This document shows positions 36,101 through 36,824 of a stretch of DNA of 36,824 nt, piece after piece. Position numbers and translations under genes: made by a program. The stretch spans positions 1 to 36,824 of the forward strand of contig JBBCKI010000060.1 in NCBI GenBank assembly GCA_037190965.1, written 5' to 3'. This stretch comes from Chthoniobacteraceae bacterium (GTDB lineage: Bacteria; Verrucomicrobiota; Verrucomicrobiia; Chthoniobacterales; Chthoniobacteraceae). Below the pieces are notes generated by a model. That model did not search any database. It was given only the letters and a program-made list of their open reading frames with translations, and was not told where the DNA came from. Position 1 is the first letter of the stretch; every line of letters starts with the position of its first letter.

Positions 36101-36734
36101 CCGTCAGTGATGCGTTCCCCTGCACTCCCAAAAAGAGGTTGGAGGAAAGATTCAGGGCGGAACCGCTGCCGCTCACCAGCACCGTTCCCTGGGAGCCGAT
36201 GTATTTACCCGCATGCAGAGTGCTGGCGTTCGCCACACCTCCTCCGGTAATCGTCAGTGTTCCGTCGCCGTTCAGGCCGACCCAGAGGGCGTTGGTCACA
36301 TTCCAGATCGACCCGGAGCCGGATACGGAGGCCGAGGCGACGGAACCTTCGGCATAACCGATATTGCCATCGTGAGACTTCATGAAGGCGCCCTGCTCGA
36401 TGTTGAGCGCGGCGGTATTGATGAAAGCGGACCCGTTATTCTCAATGACCGCACCGGAACCGCTCAGGGTCAAGGTTCCGCCCACTACCTCCGTTCCGCC
36501 GGAGTAGGTGTTCGAGCCGGTCAGGATCAGCGTTCCGCCACCGCTTTTATTGAGAGAGGCCCCATCGGCATCGGTCAGGCTGTCGCTGATTGTCTGTGTT
36601 TGTCCGGTGGGAACATCGATGTCGTTATAGGCTGGAAGCGCATGAGCCTGAATTCCCGCCAGCAGCATTGAAGTGCTGATGAGCAGGAAGCCGGAACGCG
36701 CGTTCAACGGCTTTTTTGGGAAACATTTTTTCAT
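33108..36734 (-). CDS. Type Va autotransporter with a repeat-rich beta-helical passenger
   Basis: Signal peptide; KSGGGTLILTGSNTYSGGT passenger repeat; multiple GxGSxW...LxVGxxGxGxLxIxxG repeats; NQKNVARALD linker; beta-barrel ending in F. Confidence 0.93.
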   Translation of the reverse strand: MKKCFPKKPLNARSGFLLISTSMLLAGIQAHALPAYNDIDVPTGQTQTISDSLTDADGASLNKSGGGTLILTGSNTYSGGTEVVGGTLTLSGSGAVIENNGSAFINTAALNIEQGAFMKSHDGNIGYAEGSVASASVSGSGSIWNVTNALWVGLNGDGTLTITGGGVANASTLHAGKYIGSQGTVLVSGSGSALNLSSNLFLGVQGNASLTVENGATLISNSGRIGDGGTTGTVLITGSGSGWTAGTIFAGISAGGVGDITVSNGASVTSTGTFLGEVSESTGTLTVTGTGSSYSTGDLWVGSNGNGTLNILNGATFDANKLFAGTSSGTVGTVLIDGAGSRLDLLGQATIGNNGNGNLTISNGAVLTSASTAFLASASDASATVLISGSNSRWENNGQIYIGNNGDAELTIEAGGTLTSNGTAFIGAGSSASGIVEVMGLGSAWINDGDLRVGNHGSGSLFITDGATVSNENGIVTASGSANSTWVVVSGAGSRWNNSGDVSVEGMGGPAYLLISDSAVVQIDGNGSPGSGTLTLSGTSYNSAYGSALVIGGFGEPAKAGTLLAERVVTDCGSGGVVAFIHTDRNYTFAADMDGKIGVYSLAGNTHLTGNSNVSEVLVIGGSLFVDNTLKVQGDTDVVGGNLVVTGSMRGSIDIEAGSAFINGYSKGTVENHGGFLGGSGTIRGNVFNHAFFSPGASIGSVGTLEIGKNFTQSENGVFVVDVSRSKADHLIVDREANLAGSLVVNKLKSPKSGTKFEIITADCGIDGTFDSFRYNTNRLSRFEIEYFDNSVVLEYQEDSIADFAGDKKLTSNQKNVARALDRARGRGKLSKVLDSIYDMPLSQISNALAVLSPEELSQIFQIGVATAQIQNSNLAWRLQDAREGATGFSNALSLSNPRGSIYADGTSVDTRNGLTLAGWDGRSVVGKQTVAPVISENRWSFFAIGSGEWADVETTSKAAGGDFTTGGVTIGADYRVNENLVVGIAGGYANTDADLSNGGDLQVNSGRGSVYGTLFGGGFYLNASAGGAYNSYDTKRSTFGGKARGSTEGGEFDAMLGGGYDYCIGGLTVGPIGSLEYTYLDVNGFQEHGSDAPLRISSQNLNSLRSLLGLKASYAFTVGGIVIKPEIRAQWRHEYLDTNASLEAGFVGGTGVFAVEGSEIGRDSVLIDAGATVQVSPTVSVFAYYTGEIGRTNYSSNAVNGGFRISF

Positions 36735-36824
36735 GAGGCTTTAAAACAAAGAGGTGCTTGTGTGGACGAATGATGGCGGTTAGCAGGTTTCAGCAGTTTT
36801 CGGGGGGGAGTCGACAGCTTCAGG

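Overview
GC-rich bacterial chromosomal window. The PEP-CTERM protein, futalosine pathway, BlaI/M56 pair, GH75 lipoprotein and repeat-rich autotransporter point to the PVC group, probably Verrucomicrobiota (inference). It holds about 35 genes. In order: an L,D-transpeptidase; an Opp/Dpp-type ABC importer with no ATPase; a PEP-CTERM protein; mqnA-mqnE; an exported MsrB with what looks like a vestigial MsrA tail; a DCC-type thiol-disulfide oxidoreductase; a 4-gene pseudopilin cassette whose PilX-like protein ends in an HpsA-like domain; folA-thyA; an atypical ADP-ribosylglycohydrolase plus ferredoxin; ndh; DUF2809; vapBC; rarA; a Gfo/Idh/MocA-AraC pair; a GH75 lipoprotein; a TMEM14 protein; BlaI-BlaR1(M56); an orphan MoxR pair; two membrane ORFs; and an autotransporter. 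Non-coding signals are two REPIN-like elements (one inside a possible IS630-like MITE), a tandem BlaI-type operator, a vapBC promoter/operator, several apparently leaderless promoters and three terminators. No rRNA, tRNA, CRISPR array or intact transposase was seen. All family calls come from recognising motifs by eye, not from database searches.
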